NCBI GenBank assembly: GCA_043732305.1
Contig: JAYTHU010000091.1
Location: 1-34,387 of the forward strand
Source: Oligoflexia bacterium
GTDB taxonomy: Bacteria > Bdellovibrionota > Bdellovibrionia > JABDDW01
DNA length: 34,387 nt
Direction: 5' to 3'
Shown here: one piece after another, positions 18,850 to 28,464 of the stretch
Layout: every line of letters begins with the position of its first letter
How positions within the stretch are numbered: position 1 is the stretch's first letter
Program-made: the position numbers and the translations under genes
Notes under the pieces: model-generated
The model's input: the letters and a program-made list of their open reading frames with translations, nothing else
The model's database searches: none
Told to the model about the DNA's origin: nothing

Positions 18850-19356
18850 ATGGCTGGCGGGGGTGGCAACGTCGCAGGCGCCCAAGCCGGGGACTCCTCA
18901 GTCTATTCTAAGCTAGCCTTGAATTTCTTTTATCTTTGTTTTGCTGATGAAGGCCTTGCTGTCCATTCTGCGATGGAAGCCCTCAAAACTTTCAATAAAA
19001 AATCTGTATCTCATTCAGGAACTCCTAAAGATGTGCTGATGGTTTCAGAACTTTTAGTCACTCTAAAAAATATGCGCAAAAAAATCGCTCGCGGAAAGCT
19101 TTCTGAAATTTCCAATCAGTCATCTCCAAACTGGACAATGGAAAGTCCAGAAACTTTTGCTCACTGGAAAACATTTCTTAAGAATTTCGATAGTGAGTCT
19201 GAAGTTGTGCTTATTCTGCGCTATGTTTTGAATTTCTCCATCGACGTCATTGCTCAAGCGTTGAAGGTTCCAAAGGGAACAGTTTATTTTCGCATCGGGC
19301 GTGGATTAGAATTTATGGCTCTTCAGGAAAGATCTAATTTGAAAGAAAAAGAATGA
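18850..19356 (+). CDS. Degenerate ECF sigma-factor-like protein (region 4 HTH)
   Basis: C-terminal VLILRYVLNFSIDVIAQALKVPKGTVYFRIGRGL matches sigma70 r4.2. Region 2 is poorly conserved. Confidence 0.7.
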   Translation: MAGGGGNVAGAQAGDSSVYSKLALNFFYLCFADEGLAVHSAMEALKTFNKKSVSHSGTPKDVLMVSELLVTLKNMRKKIARGKLSEISNQSSPNWTMESPETFAHWKTFLKNFDSESEVVLILRYVLNFSIDVIAQALKVPKGTVYFRIGRGLEFMALQERSNLKEKE

Positions 19357-20264
19357 GAGAGCTGTCACCTTTTTTTGCGAAGGAATTGTTGTCCGCTTAT
19401 TTAGAGGGTTCTCTAGATAAGGAACGTCAAAATGCGATTGAAGAATCGCTCGCCAAAAACGCGGATTTAAAAGCATTATTTCAGAAAATGAAAATCCAAA
19501 AAGATTTTCTCGAAAAACTTTCTAAAATTACCCCGCGCGCAGAGCTGCTGAGTTTCATTGATTCTCCAGTGCCCGGGATGAAATCAAAACTGCAAAAATA
19601 TTCTTGGAAAAAAATGTCCAGCACCACTCAATGGTCTGTACAACTTTTTGTGATTGGTGTTTTGGTTGTCACTACCGTCCGCTATTTTCCATGGTTAAAT
19701 ATGGCTCGGGTTATTCAGAGAGCACAACCTACCGCTCCTTTACTCAAGAGAGCCGTTCCCATTGAAGATGATATGGAAGCACTTAAAGCGCGGCCAACGT
19801 ACGGGCCTGAATGGCCCAAGAGTTTCCCCTCTCCTGAACTCTATGCCCAGCAATTGGAAGAGAGTCGCAAAAAGAACCAAGCTATTGCTGATATTGTTAC
19901 TCGCACGGATGAAGAAGTTGTTCAGTCGAGCAATGACACTGAAGAGTCAGAAGAGGCCGCTCCTCAACGGCAAGGTTTTGTGTGGCGTGGAACAATCAAG
20001 GTCGATGAACTCGATGAAGAATCCACGGGCAAAATCACCGAAATTGTCGTCAGTCTTGGCGGTAAAAAGGCCGGCCAGGTGGAGCTGGGTTGGAAAAAAG
20101 GCGATAGCCGCTATTACCATTTCACAATGCCCGAAGCCAACTACACTGAATTTGAACAACGGCTAGGTGACATCGGTCACGTGACATTAAAAAAAGAAAA
20201 ACATCCTCGAGTGATGCCGGAAGGTCAAATGAGAGTCATCATGTCGGTTGAGGCATCCAAGTGA
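19353..20264 (+). CDS. Anti-sigma-like single-pass membrane protein
   Basis: N-terminal ELLSAYLEGSL..E....IEESL matches the anti-sigma domain without HxxxCxxC. One TM (VQLFVIGVLVVTTV), an acidic linker and a small C-terminal alpha/beta domain. ATGA overlap. Confidence 0.62.
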   Translation: MRELSPFFAKELLSAYLEGSLDKERQNAIEESLAKNADLKALFQKMKIQKDFLEKLSKITPRAELLSFIDSPVPGMKSKLQKYSWKKMSSTTQWSVQLFVIGVLVVTTVRYFPWLNMARVIQRAQPTAPLLKRAVPIEDDMEALKARPTYGPEWPKSFPSPELYAQQLEESRKKNQAIADIVTRTDEEVVQSSNDTEESEEAAPQRQGFVWRGTIKVDELDEESTGKITEIVVSLGGKKAGQVELGWKKGDSRYYHFTMPEANYTEFEQRLGDIGHVTLKKEKHPRVMPEGQMRVIMSVEASK

Positions 20265-22168
20265 AAACCGCAAAAACATCTCTTACAAGCATTTTAACAT
20301 TATGGTTTCTAACCTTTACAATTGTTCCGTTGGCTTTCATTTCTGGATACAGCACCGTCTTATACAAAGATTCGATCAACGCAGAACTTCAGAAACGCTT
20401 AGAAGGAAATATTCGAGAAATTGGCGTGAGTTTGGCCGAATATGAAGGCGTCATTCTCACGTACGGAAAGTTACATGCGGCAGATTCCGCTTTGGCTTAT
20501 CACGTAGCTACGAGGAATATTTCTGGGGCACGGCGAATACTCACAGAATGGCTAAAAACTTATACCGCTTCACATATTGCGCTCTTTGACAAAGATGGAA
20601 ATCTTATTGTTGCTCAAGAGCGAAATTCCAACAATCAAATTCTTGCTGATTCCCGATTAGAGAAAGCGGAGATCTCGCTCTCACCGGATGTGACCAAGCA
20701 AATCAAAAGGTCTGGACAATACACTGTTCGAGAAGTGCAGACCGGCCAAGGATTATCACTTGTGGTTTTCACTCGCATTTTAGATAAGAGAAATAAAATT
20801 GTTGGCTATCTTGAAGAAGTGATCCGTCTTGATCAAAATTTTATCAATAGCTTACGTAAACGTCTCAATCTTGAAGCCGTGTTCTTTGACACCAAAATGA
20901 AGCCTGTGATTGCCTCCAATGAGGATTTCATGCTCTACCCTCCAGATTTTTTTCCAACTAAAATTGGAGATGAAGGACATGCATTTTTTGATCTTACCAG
21001 TCGTGGAGAACCTTTTGGCCTCATGGTTAAAAAAATTGTCGATCCTCAGAATCGTCTTTACGTCACGCTGGGTCTCGCTGCAAGCAAAGTGGACACACAA
21101 AAAGTAATGAGAAGAATTAACACGACTCTTTTGCTTGTGACCATCATGGTTCTTTTGCTTTTGATTCCACTTCTTATTTACGTTTCCAAATCTGTTGTTC
21201 GACCGATTCATCAGTTGGTTGAAGCTACTCAAAAAATGGAAAATGGCGAATCGCAAAACTTGACGATCACTACTGAGACCGAAGTTGGATTGCTTGTGGG
21301 ATCTTTCAATGAAATGTCCCGCAAGATTTCTCTAGGAAGACAAGAATTAGAGAAAAAGTTAGAAGAGCTCAAGAACACTCAAGCCACACTGATTCATTCC
21401 GCAAAAATGGCAAGCCTTGGACAATTGGTTGCTGGTGTAGCGCATGAGCTTAATAATCCTATTGGATTTATTTATTCCAATATTGCGCATTTGCGCGAGT
21501 ATACGGAAAAGCTTCAGAGAGTTTGGGAGACGGCTGAAAAGAATCCTGCAGATCTCGACAAAATTAAAAAAGAAGTCGACTACGATTACATTATTGAAGA
21601 TCTTCCTAAGCTCATCACCAGTTGCGAAGATGGTGCAAGGCGAACAAGAGATATTGTACTTGGCTTGAGAAATTTTTCTCGCCTAGATGAAGCTCAACTC
21701 AAGCGCGTGAACATCAAAGAAGGATTGCAAAACACTTTGAAGCTTCTCGCGAGCGAGCTCAAAAATAGAATCAAAGTTCACGAAGAGTACGGCGAAGTCC
21801 CCGCGGTAAAATGTTACGCCAGTCAGCTCAATCAAGTTTTTATGAACATCATAAGTAATGCGGCCCAAGCCATTGAAAAAGATGGCGACATCTGGATCAA
21901 AACTTACGCTGAAGATGGTTTTGCGTTTGTGTCCATTAAAGATTCGGGGCCTGGAATCCCTCGTCAAGCATTTGATAAAATCTTTGATCCGTTCTTCACT
22001 ACCAAACCTGTTGGTAAAGGCACCGGCCTTGGCTTGAGCATTTCGTATGGCATTGTGCAAAAACATGGGGGTGAAATCCAGGTCGAAAGTTCCCCCGGCC
22101 TAGGAACAACTTTTGTGGTCCGTGTGCCGATCGATGGACCCGCCAATGGTGACGCCGCATTGTCCTGA
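20261..22168 (+). CDS. Membrane sensor histidine kinase (periplasmic sensor, HAMP, HisKA, HATPase)
   Basis: Two TMs, HAMP (VVRPIHQL...EVGLLVGSFNEM), H-box KMASLGQLVAGVAHELNNP, N-box QVFMNIISNA, DSGPGI, FDPFFTTK, GTGLGLS. GTGA overlap. Confidence 0.95.
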   Translation: MKTAKTSLTSILTLWFLTFTIVPLAFISGYSTVLYKDSINAELQKRLEGNIREIGVSLAEYEGVILTYGKLHAADSALAYHVATRNISGARRILTEWLKTYTASHIALFDKDGNLIVAQERNSNNQILADSRLEKAEISLSPDVTKQIKRSGQYTVREVQTGQGLSLVVFTRILDKRNKIVGYLEEVIRLDQNFINSLRKRLNLEAVFFDTKMKPVIASNEDFMLYPPDFFPTKIGDEGHAFFDLTSRGEPFGLMVKKIVDPQNRLYVTLGLAASKVDTQKVMRRINTTLLLVTIMVLLLLIPLLIYVSKSVVRPIHQLVEATQKMENGESQNLTITTETEVGLLVGSFNEMSRKISLGRQELEKKLEELKNTQATLIHSAKMASLGQLVAGVAHELNNPIGFIYSNIAHLREYTEKLQRVWETAEKNPADLDKIKKEVDYDYIIEDLPKLITSCEDGARRTRDIVLGLRNFSRLDEAQLKRVNIKEGLQNTLKLLASELKNRIKVHEEYGEVPAVKCYASQLNQVFMNIISNAAQAIEKDGDIWIKTYAEDGFAFVSIKDSGPGIPRQAFDKIFDPFFTTKPVGKGTGLGLSISYGIVQKHGGEIQVESSPGLGTTFVVRVPIDGPANGDAALS

Positions 22169-22275
22169 TCGTTTGAAAGCGTCCGGCGAAAGTATCCGGA
22201 TTCTGGATACCAGGTTCTGCCGCCCTTGAACTGAATCGCCAAGATCAAGTTTCAATTATTGCAGGCTTATAACTC

Positions 22276-22644
22276 ATGGATCTTGCCTGTAGTCAACGTG
22301 TGGCCAAATATTTGAAATCGCGAATTCAACAAAACGAAGTCGAAGAGTTTTGGGTGATGGCGCTTAATTCGAAGTGTGAATTGATCGAAGCACAAATGCT
22401 ATTCAAGGGCACCGTTGATCAAGTGTTTGTGCATCCTCGAGATATTTTTCGTTTTGGTCTGGCTCATAACGCGAGTTATTTGATTGTGGGTCACAATCAT
22501 CCAAGTGGCGATTGCCAGCCGAGCAAACCTGATATCGATATCACTAAGCGACTGGTCAGTTTAGGTAAGTTGATGCAAATTCCCGTTTTAGATCACGTGA
22601 TAGTGAGCGGAAAAAACGAGCAATTTTTCAGTTGGCGTCATTAG
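22276..22644 (+). CDS. Stand-alone RadC-like JAB/MPN domain protein
   Basis: E.F, GTVD...VHPRDIF, HNHPSG...PS..D, LDHVIV. An in-frame stop at 22270 excludes the N-terminal HhH part of full RadC. Confidence 0.88.
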   Translation: MDLACSQRVAKYLKSRIQQNEVEEFWVMALNSKCELIEAQMLFKGTVDQVFVHPRDIFRFGLAHNASYLIVGHNHPSGDCQPSKPDIDITKRLVSLGKLMQIPVLDHVIVSGKNEQFFSWRH

Positions 22645-23062
22645 CCAAGTTGATCTCACGTTGAATTTCTGACTTGAGAGCTTTTTCATAATTGCTGATA
22701 TAAAGTTTTCGATCCTGCTGACGGGCCATATCTTCTTCAATTTCCGATGTCAGATCAACGGACTTCTTATAACCGTAATTCGGATTTTCAATAGGCCCAA
22801 CGTTTTCATAATTGCCGGTGGGTTCCACAACCGATATGTTTCTGGCTCGGAGATTATCATTTTTCGGCTCAGATTTGGGTGAGTCATTGAGCTGTAAATT
22901 CCGAGTCGGATTGGCGGAATCGACGCTCGCTTGTTCATTCTGTATTGTTTGATAACCTTCGATGCGCTTGAGTTCATTATTGACGTAGGTGTCGGCCATC
23001 GCTGTCGAACTAAGAGCGAGACCAATGGCCATACCAATTGATTTAAGCTGCATTGTAGACAT
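22628..23062 (-). CDS. Secreted hypothetical protein
   Basis: Signal peptide ...IGMAIGLALSSTAMA, AAGGGGG RBS, polar body and C-terminal helix. Confidence 0.75.
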   Translation of the reverse strand: MSTMQLKSIGMAIGLALSSTAMADTYVNNELKRIEGYQTIQNEQASVDSANPTRNLQLNDSPKSEPKNDNLRARNISVVEPTGNYENVGPIENPNYGYKKSVDLTSEIEEDMARQQDRKLYISNYEKALKSEIQREINLANDAN

Positions 23063-23090
23063 TTCGAATCCCCCTTATAACTCTTTAAAC

Positions 23091-23106
23091 AGCAAAGTCG
23101 ATGCCA
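23091..23106 (-). promoter_or_regulatory. Sigma54 (RpoN) -24/-12 promoter
   Basis: Minus strand TGGCATCGACTTTGCT = GG-N10-GC, near consensus TGGCAC-N5-TTGC, ~29 nt upstream of ATG 23062. Confidence 0.7.
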
Positions 23107-23213
23107 CGGTGCGAGAGCGAAGGTTATTGATTTTAGGCGCTTTTTGCTGGCATCATTGTCTAAGAGTTAATCAGTCGTCTGTCACCCAACCAAGAAAAAG
23201 AGGATTTCGATCC

Positions 23214-23819
23214 ATGAAAAAAACTATCATCACCGTCGCTCTGGCCTCACTCGCCGCACTTTCAATCACCTCATGCGGTGGACCTACAGCTTTTACCAAA
23301 GGTAATTACGATGATCCCGAAAATGAAAATCTTTTGAACGATCAATTCTCCGAAACCGACATGCAAAAAATGGTTAAGAAATTAGTGGATAGCTTAGTGG
23401 CTTCGCGCGCAGTCGCAAAAGCGCAAAAACCTCCCGTGGTAATGGTAACCAAACTTGAAAATAAAACTCAAGAACACATCGACACTCAAAGCATCATGGA
23501 CATGGTCAAAGTGAATTTAGCTAAATCTGGCTCAGTGGCTTTCGTCGATAAAGAAGCTCGAGAAGACGTGGCTAATGAATACAGTTATCAAAACTCCGGA
23601 ATGGTGGATAAAAAAACATCTAAAGGTCCTGGAAAACAAATTGGTGCTGATTATATTTTGAACGGTCGCTTGGATCAGATTGTTCAAGAAGTGGGTAAAG
23701 ATAAAACTGTTTATTACAAAATCACTTTGAACCTGACCAACTTGAATACGAATATTTCCGAATGGCAAGATCAGGATCAAATTCGCAAAGTGTACAAAAA
23801 ACGTCGCATTTCGATGTAA
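23214..23819 (+). CDS. lpoB: Penicillin-binding protein activator LpoB family lipoprotein
   Basis: True start ATG 23214 (GAGGA RBS, lipobox ITSC). Motifs FSETDM, LENKTQEHID, GKQIGADY.L.G, VYY..TL.L. Confidence 0.85.
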   Translation: MKKTIITVALASLAALSITSCGGPTAFTKGNYDDPENENLLNDQFSETDMQKMVKKLVDSLVASRAVAKAQKPPVVMVTKLENKTQEHIDTQSIMDMVKVNLAKSGSVAFVDKEAREDVANEYSYQNSGMVDKKTSKGPGKQIGADYILNGRLDQIVQEVGKDKTVYYKITLNLTNLNTNISEWQDQDQIRKVYKKRRISM

Positions 23820-23822
23820 TGA

Positions 23823-25058
23823 ATGAGAACTAATCGACGCCTGGCTTTAGTTGGATTCGCGGTAGCTCTAAGTGCTACCGCGTGCTCCACTTATCCGCAC
23901 AACGCACAAGACGCACTTTCGGCATTTTACTCTGGCGATTATCCTAAAGCTGCCGAACTTCTCGAAAAAAAATCCCAGGATGATGGAAAAGATCAGGTTC
24001 TCTTTCTTTTTGATCGAGGGATGGCTCTTCAGCTTGCCGGAAATTATAAAGAGAGCGAAAAAGTTCTGCTGCAGGCAGATCGATTGACCGAAGTAAAAGA
24101 TTACACTTCTCTCAGCACAGAGGCTGCAACGCTTCTAGTGAGTGACAAAATAAAACAATACAAGGGTGAGGATTTTGAAAAAGTTCTCATCAATGGATTT
24201 CTTGCCATCGACTATGTTATGCAGAGAAATTTAGATGATGCACTTGTCGAATGCCGGCGTGTGAATCAAAAACTTGTGAAATATATCAACGAAGCCAAAC
24301 GTAATTACGAGCAAAATCCTTTTGCGCGCTATCTTTCTGCTACCATTTGGGAAGCCAGTGGTCATTATGAAGATGCTTACATTGACTATGTTCAAGCGCA
24401 AAAACTTGTTCCCGATTATCCTTACTTGAAAGGTGATCTCATTCGATTGGCTAAAAAACTAAATCGAGATGACGATCTAAAAAAATGGACGAATCTTTAT
24501 GGGGCAAATATTCCTAGTGCGCATTTTAGTTCAGAGAAAAACACTGGTGAATTGATTGTCATTATTCAACAAGGTAAATCTGCTATTAAGCATCCAAATC
24601 CAGCATTCACTCAAATTCCTAAGTTTTATCCACGAGGAAGTTTTACCAAGAGTGCCGAGATTGAAGTGGATGGCGTGAGAGAACAAAGTCAAAAAATATA
24701 TAGTGTTTCTGATGTGGCCGTAAAAACTTTGGATGATGCCTATACCGCCCTCATTGCTAAAAAATCAGTAGGTTTAGTTGGAAAATATCTTGTGGCGGAA
24801 CAAATGCGGCAGCAAAATCCTATCTTAGGTTTACTCACCTGGATTGGCCTGAATGCTGCGGATGAAGCGGACACTCGAAGCTGGACTACACTTCCCGAAA
24901 CATTGCAGTTTATTCGATTACGAGTTACTCCTGGAAGTAAAACGATAAAAGTGCGCGGTTTAGATATTTCTGGGAATCCAACCGGTGAAGAAAAGACATT
25001 CATCGCTGCAGTTCGCGCGAGAGAAGAAGTTTTTTTAAATTGGCGAACAATCAGATAG
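23823..25058 (+). CDS. COG3014-family TPR-like lipoprotein
   Basis: Lipobox ATAC, YKGEDFEKV, DALVECRR, ADTRSWTTLP. Usual neighbour of this LpoB type. Confidence 0.8.
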   Translation: MRTNRRLALVGFAVALSATACSTYPHNAQDALSAFYSGDYPKAAELLEKKSQDDGKDQVLFLFDRGMALQLAGNYKESEKVLLQADRLTEVKDYTSLSTEAATLLVSDKIKQYKGEDFEKVLINGFLAIDYVMQRNLDDALVECRRVNQKLVKYINEAKRNYEQNPFARYLSATIWEASGHYEDAYIDYVQAQKLVPDYPYLKGDLIRLAKKLNRDDDLKKWTNLYGANIPSAHFSSEKNTGELIVIIQQGKSAIKHPNPAFTQIPKFYPRGSFTKSAEIEVDGVREQSQKIYSVSDVAVKTLDDAYTALIAKKSVGLVGKYLVAEQMRQQNPILGLLTWIGLNAADEADTRSWTTLPETLQFIRLRVTPGSKTIKVRGLDISGNPTGEEKTFIAAVRAREEVFLNWRTIR

Positions 25059-25068
25059 GGAAGTTCCG

Positions 25069-26235
25069 ATGAAGACAATAGTCGTTTCGTTTGCATTTTT
25101 GATTTTGACTAGCGGTTGTGCAACTGTACATCGGCCATCGACTACAATTGACAAACTTCAAGCTGAAGGTCAAGCTGCAATCATGGAACAGCGGCAGACC
25201 AAAATTGCGATCATCGACAAGCTCGTCGATAGAATCGCCAGCTCGTCAGGAAACAACGTAGATATTTTAATTCTTTCCGGTGGTGGGCAAAATGGCGCTT
25301 ACGGCGCCGGCTTTTTAAAAGGTTGGAAAGAAAGAAAAACTTCCGCGATGCCGGAGTTTGATATTGTTACGGGAATCTCCGCCGGAGCATTGATTTCCCC
25401 GTTCGCCCTTTTAGGGAACAAAGAATCTCTCGATGAGATTTCTCATTTATTCAACGAAGCGGCAGTCGACTTTGCGCCGAAATTCGATTGGTTGTTTTGG
25501 CTCAATCAAAACGGTGGGATTGTAAAAGATGATCTCTACGATGCAGAGATCGCAAAAGTTTATAACCAAGATATCCAAACTAAATTGCACGTGGAGTTTT
25601 TAAAAAATCGGCAGCTTCTTATCGGTACTGCGGATCTTGATCTGGGCATCGGGCGTATATGGAATATGGAAAAAGAATTTGGGACCAAATCAGAAAATTT
25701 GCCTCGAGCCCACCAAGTGTTTCAAGCGGCTACAGCAATACCCGGAGTTTTTCCCGCTGAGTTTATGGATAAGCATCTCCATGTTGACGGCGGCATCGTT
25801 TCAAACATTATGCCTGTTCTTGATTTGAAAGATTACAAGGAGCTAGCTTCTAAACTTAAAATCCGTGGCATCACTCGCCCTCTGAAAATTCATCTTTATG
25901 TAATTATGAATATTTGGATTTACAGTCGATTGATGGCGATTGATCCTGCTAGCCGAAAAGATATTTCAAATCGCGGAAACACCATAACTTTTTTTCTTTC
26001 ACAAGCTAAAGAATTAATAAGAATTCATGAGCTCACCCAGGCAGTTTCTACTGGAATTCCTGGTTTTCAAATGGACATGAAGCTCACCGCAATTCCGACA
26101 GAAAAAACGTACGGAGCTGGATCTAAAGCTTTTTTTGATGCGGGTTGGGTAAAAGAGCTGTCTCAACTTGGTTATGATCGAGCCATGGGTGATCACCCTT
26201 GGGACGAAGTGCCTTCAATCTTCGAGCGCCCTTAA
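25069..26235 (+). CDS. Patatin-like phospholipase lipoprotein (intact catalytic motifs)
   Basis: Lipobox TSGC, LSGGGQNGAYGAG, TGISAG (GxSxG), AIPGVFP, HVDGG. Confidence 0.9.
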   Translation: MKTIVVSFAFLILTSGCATVHRPSTTIDKLQAEGQAAIMEQRQTKIAIIDKLVDRIASSSGNNVDILILSGGGQNGAYGAGFLKGWKERKTSAMPEFDIVTGISAGALISPFALLGNKESLDEISHLFNEAAVDFAPKFDWLFWLNQNGGIVKDDLYDAEIAKVYNQDIQTKLHVEFLKNRQLLIGTADLDLGIGRIWNMEKEFGTKSENLPRAHQVFQAATAIPGVFPAEFMDKHLHVDGGIVSNIMPVLDLKDYKELASKLKIRGITRPLKIHLYVIMNIWIYSRLMAIDPASRKDISNRGNTITFFLSQAKELIRIHELTQAVSTGIPGFQMDMKLTAIPTEKTYGAGSKAFFDAGWVKELSQLGYDRAMGDHPWDEVPSIFERP

Positions 26236-26746
26236 ATCTAATTCTTGCTCATCAATTGATGCTTTTAAAACTTTATCTAAGATTTTTTGAAATGGTGGAA
26301 TTTTAGGAACGGTTTTTGGGAATCCATTTTCACTGATGGTCTTCATATTTTCTAAACTTAAGCCAAAAACTTGAGTGAACAAAATCTTACCAAAAGGGTC
26401 TAGCGAGTCATAGGTGACTTGTTCATTTGCGCCTTTTTTTATCAACGCTAAAATTTCTATTTGTCGCCAAGGGTAGTTGGGATGATAGCCCTGGCTTAGC
26501 GCAGAAGTTTCTACGAGTTGTCTCTTGCAATCAAATTTGCAGGTGATCGTATCCCATTCGGGTTTGGCAGAGTCTGGAGAAAAATTATAACCTTCTATTA
26601 TCTCAATAATAAAAGTCGGACGCCATCATCTAGCTCAATTTTTTTACCATTTTCGTTTCGAGAAATAATCTAGAAATTTTATCGGCACAATCCGAGGCCA
26701 CTGCTGTTTGGGATAAAATAAAAACAAGTAAAAAAAATTTCTTCAT
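26215..26746 (-). pseudogene. Frameshifted secreted protein, paralogue of 26748..27662
   Basis: ATG 26746 gives MKKFFLLVFILSQTAVA-SDCADKISRL, which stops at 26630. The frame of the 26215..26445 ORF is open back to 26625. Two single-base insertions around 26640 and 26612 restore a ~177-aa ORF. Confidence 0.7.
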
Positions 26747-26747
26747 T

Positions 26748-27662
26748 CTACCGTCGTCGTAAAGATTTTAAATCAAAACTTGAGTTTGTCATTGTTGCGG
26801 ACATTATTTTATCTATTAATTGTTCGATAGGAATAATTCGTGGAAGATTTGTATCTGCCTTATTTGTCTTTGCCGGCGCTAGCGCATCAACCACAGGTTT
26901 TCCAAAAACTCCGGAAAAGAAGAGTGGTCCTCGAGGATCTGTTGCATAGTAGTGAATGACAACGTCTTTTGAGCCAGATTCAATTCTTTTCATATTTGTT
27001 TGTATAAGTCTGCCATTTTTATCAAATTCAAATTCTAAGCGACTGTGTCTCATATCACCTGGAACCTGTGAATCTTTGTGAATGACGCTGATTTTAAATT
27101 TTTGGTTCTGATTTCGGAAATGTTGGAGTTCGATTTCGATGATGTAGCCCATGGTGTCTATTTTGTAGTTCATCGAAAGATTTTTGATCTCAGTTTCAGA
27201 AATTGGTTTGAGAGTGTAGAAAAGTTTTCCGTGAGCGGTTGATCCTTTAATCTCTTTTTCAACGCGGCTCATGGTTCCGCCGTCAAAAGAAGTCGTATAG
27301 CTTAACTTGAAGCCATCGCCAAGATCTCTCACTGACGATCGTGCGGCGGATAAAAAAGTTTCCGTTTTCCAAACTCCATCTGGACCTTGGATAGACGCTT
27401 TTACTTCTGCTTTATCGTTAAAAATTTGGCGCCCGTGTTCATCATGGATAGTGACGTATCGCAATCCATTTGGATATTTTGTTAGGCGATAGTGGGCTGG
27501 CCTATGTGTGCCAGGTGAAATCCATGTCCGAGGTAAGTCAGAAACTTCGGTACCGGCATTGTCAAAAACCAAGTTTTGAAGGGCGGTTAAACAGTCAGCT
27601 GCTTTTGAGTCACGGGGAGACAAGGCAATAAAAAGCAAAATTATAAACGGAAATATCTTCAT
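26748..27662 (-). CDS. Secreted hypothetical protein (beta-rich)
   Basis: Signal peptide MKIFPFIILLFIALSPRDSKA, then ADCLTALQNL. 304 aa, no recognised domain. Confidence 0.8.
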   Translation of the reverse strand: MKIFPFIILLFIALSPRDSKAADCLTALQNLVFDNAGTEVSDLPRTWISPGTHRPAHYRLTKYPNGLRYVTIHDEHGRQIFNDKAEVKASIQGPDGVWKTETFLSAARSSVRDLGDGFKLSYTTSFDGGTMSRVEKEIKGSTAHGKLFYTLKPISETEIKNLSMNYKIDTMGYIIEIELQHFRNQNQKFKISVIHKDSQVPGDMRHSRLEFEFDKNGRLIQTNMKRIESGSKDVVIHYYATDPRGPLFFSGVFGKPVVDALAPAKTNKADTNLPRIIPIEQLIDKIMSATMTNSSFDLKSLRRR

Positions 27663-27676
27663 AACTACTATATGTA

Positions 27677-27693
27677 TGCAATGGAAAGTCCAA
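27677..27693 (-). promoter_or_regulatory. Putative sigma54 -24/-12 promoter
   Basis: Minus strand TTGGACTTTCCATTGCA = GG-N10-GC. Predicted +1 is ~27666, 4 nt before ATG 27662. Confidence 0.45.
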
Positions 27694-27789
27694 CAGTTTC
27701 GAGCGTGGCAAGCGCTCCCAGCGCTTTACCCAACTTCAAAATGGAACCAAAGCCAAAAAGGGTCATAAAATACCTGTAAATCGTCTGAC

Positions 27790-28422
27790 TCAGAACGTCT
27801 TGTGAGGGTTGGTGCTCGAAGCATCACCGAACCTAAACAACAAGTGAGCCATGACAGTAAAGTAGCTGCCAATCACATTTACGGGCGTTGCAGAGAGTGA
27901 TGTTGTTTGAGCCGTGAAAATATTGTGGTAGGTGAAATCAAGTCCCGCCGTTAAACGCTTGCTGAGTAAGAAATCTCCACCGAATCCAATGTTCAATCCA
28001 AAGCCATTATAATTCTGATTGTATAAATTTGAAAAGGGTCCGACGACATCTTGAGTGTGAGTCACGTAATCCACTCCGCCCTTGATGTAGGGAACAAGAA
28101 TGTCCAGGACGTCAAAGTCATAAAGAACATCAACATTAAATGCATTTTGATTAAGTGAAATAGACGATCCATTGGCGTTCGAATTGTGTTTACTGTTGAG
28201 CCAACCTAATTCGAGTTCTAAATAATCACTTGCGGCATAACGATACAAAACGCCGCCGCCCAAAGCATTTCCATACGGGGATCCCCAATCGTTGGTTAGG
28301 GTCACTTGTCCGCCTTGAACACCTATGCTGTGCACGCCTTCTTCGGCAAAAGCCATTGGCCCGCAAGATAGTAAAGCGATCGCTAGGACCGTGAGAGAGA
28401 ACAATGTTGTAAACAGTTTCAT
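27790..28422 (-). CDS. Outer membrane beta-barrel protein (8-stranded OmpA/OmpW-like)
   Basis: Signal peptide, alternating strands, LVPYIKGGVDY, FGLNIGFGGDF, terminal strand LLFRF, GAGGAG RBS. Confidence 0.85.
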   Translation of the reverse strand: MKLFTTLFSLTVLAIALLSCGPMAFAEEGVHSIGVQGGQVTLTNDWGSPYGNALGGGVLYRYAASDYLELELGWLNSKHNSNANGSSISLNQNAFNVDVLYDFDVLDILVPYIKGGVDYVTHTQDVVGPFSNLYNQNYNGFGLNIGFGGDFLLSKRLTAGLDFTYHNIFTAQTTSLSATPVNVIGSYFTVMAHLLFRFGDASSTNPHKTF

Positions 28423-28464
28423 AGATACTCCTCGCGTTTTAACGCATTGAACTGGTGAGCAATC

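Noticed and set aside
22989..23213. 75-aa N-terminal extension of the lpoB ORF
   Set aside because: It overlaps the divergent gene and its promoter. The RBS and lipoprotein signal support ATG 23214.
22276..26235. JAB domain plus patatin as a CBASS-like defence system
   Set aside because: The JAB is RadC-type, the patatin is an exported lipoprotein, the two are separated by lpoB genes, and no CD-NTase or E1/E2 is present.
26679..26686. Perfect GCCGATAA FliA -10 on the minus strand
   Set aside because: No -35 at the right spacing, and it is explained by the Ala-Asp-Lys codons of the frameshifted gene.
27710..27726. AAGCGCT-CCC-AGCGCTT hairpin
   Set aside because: 3-nt loop and no convincing U tract, so it cannot be called a terminator. 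It could be a protein site, but this is unsupported.
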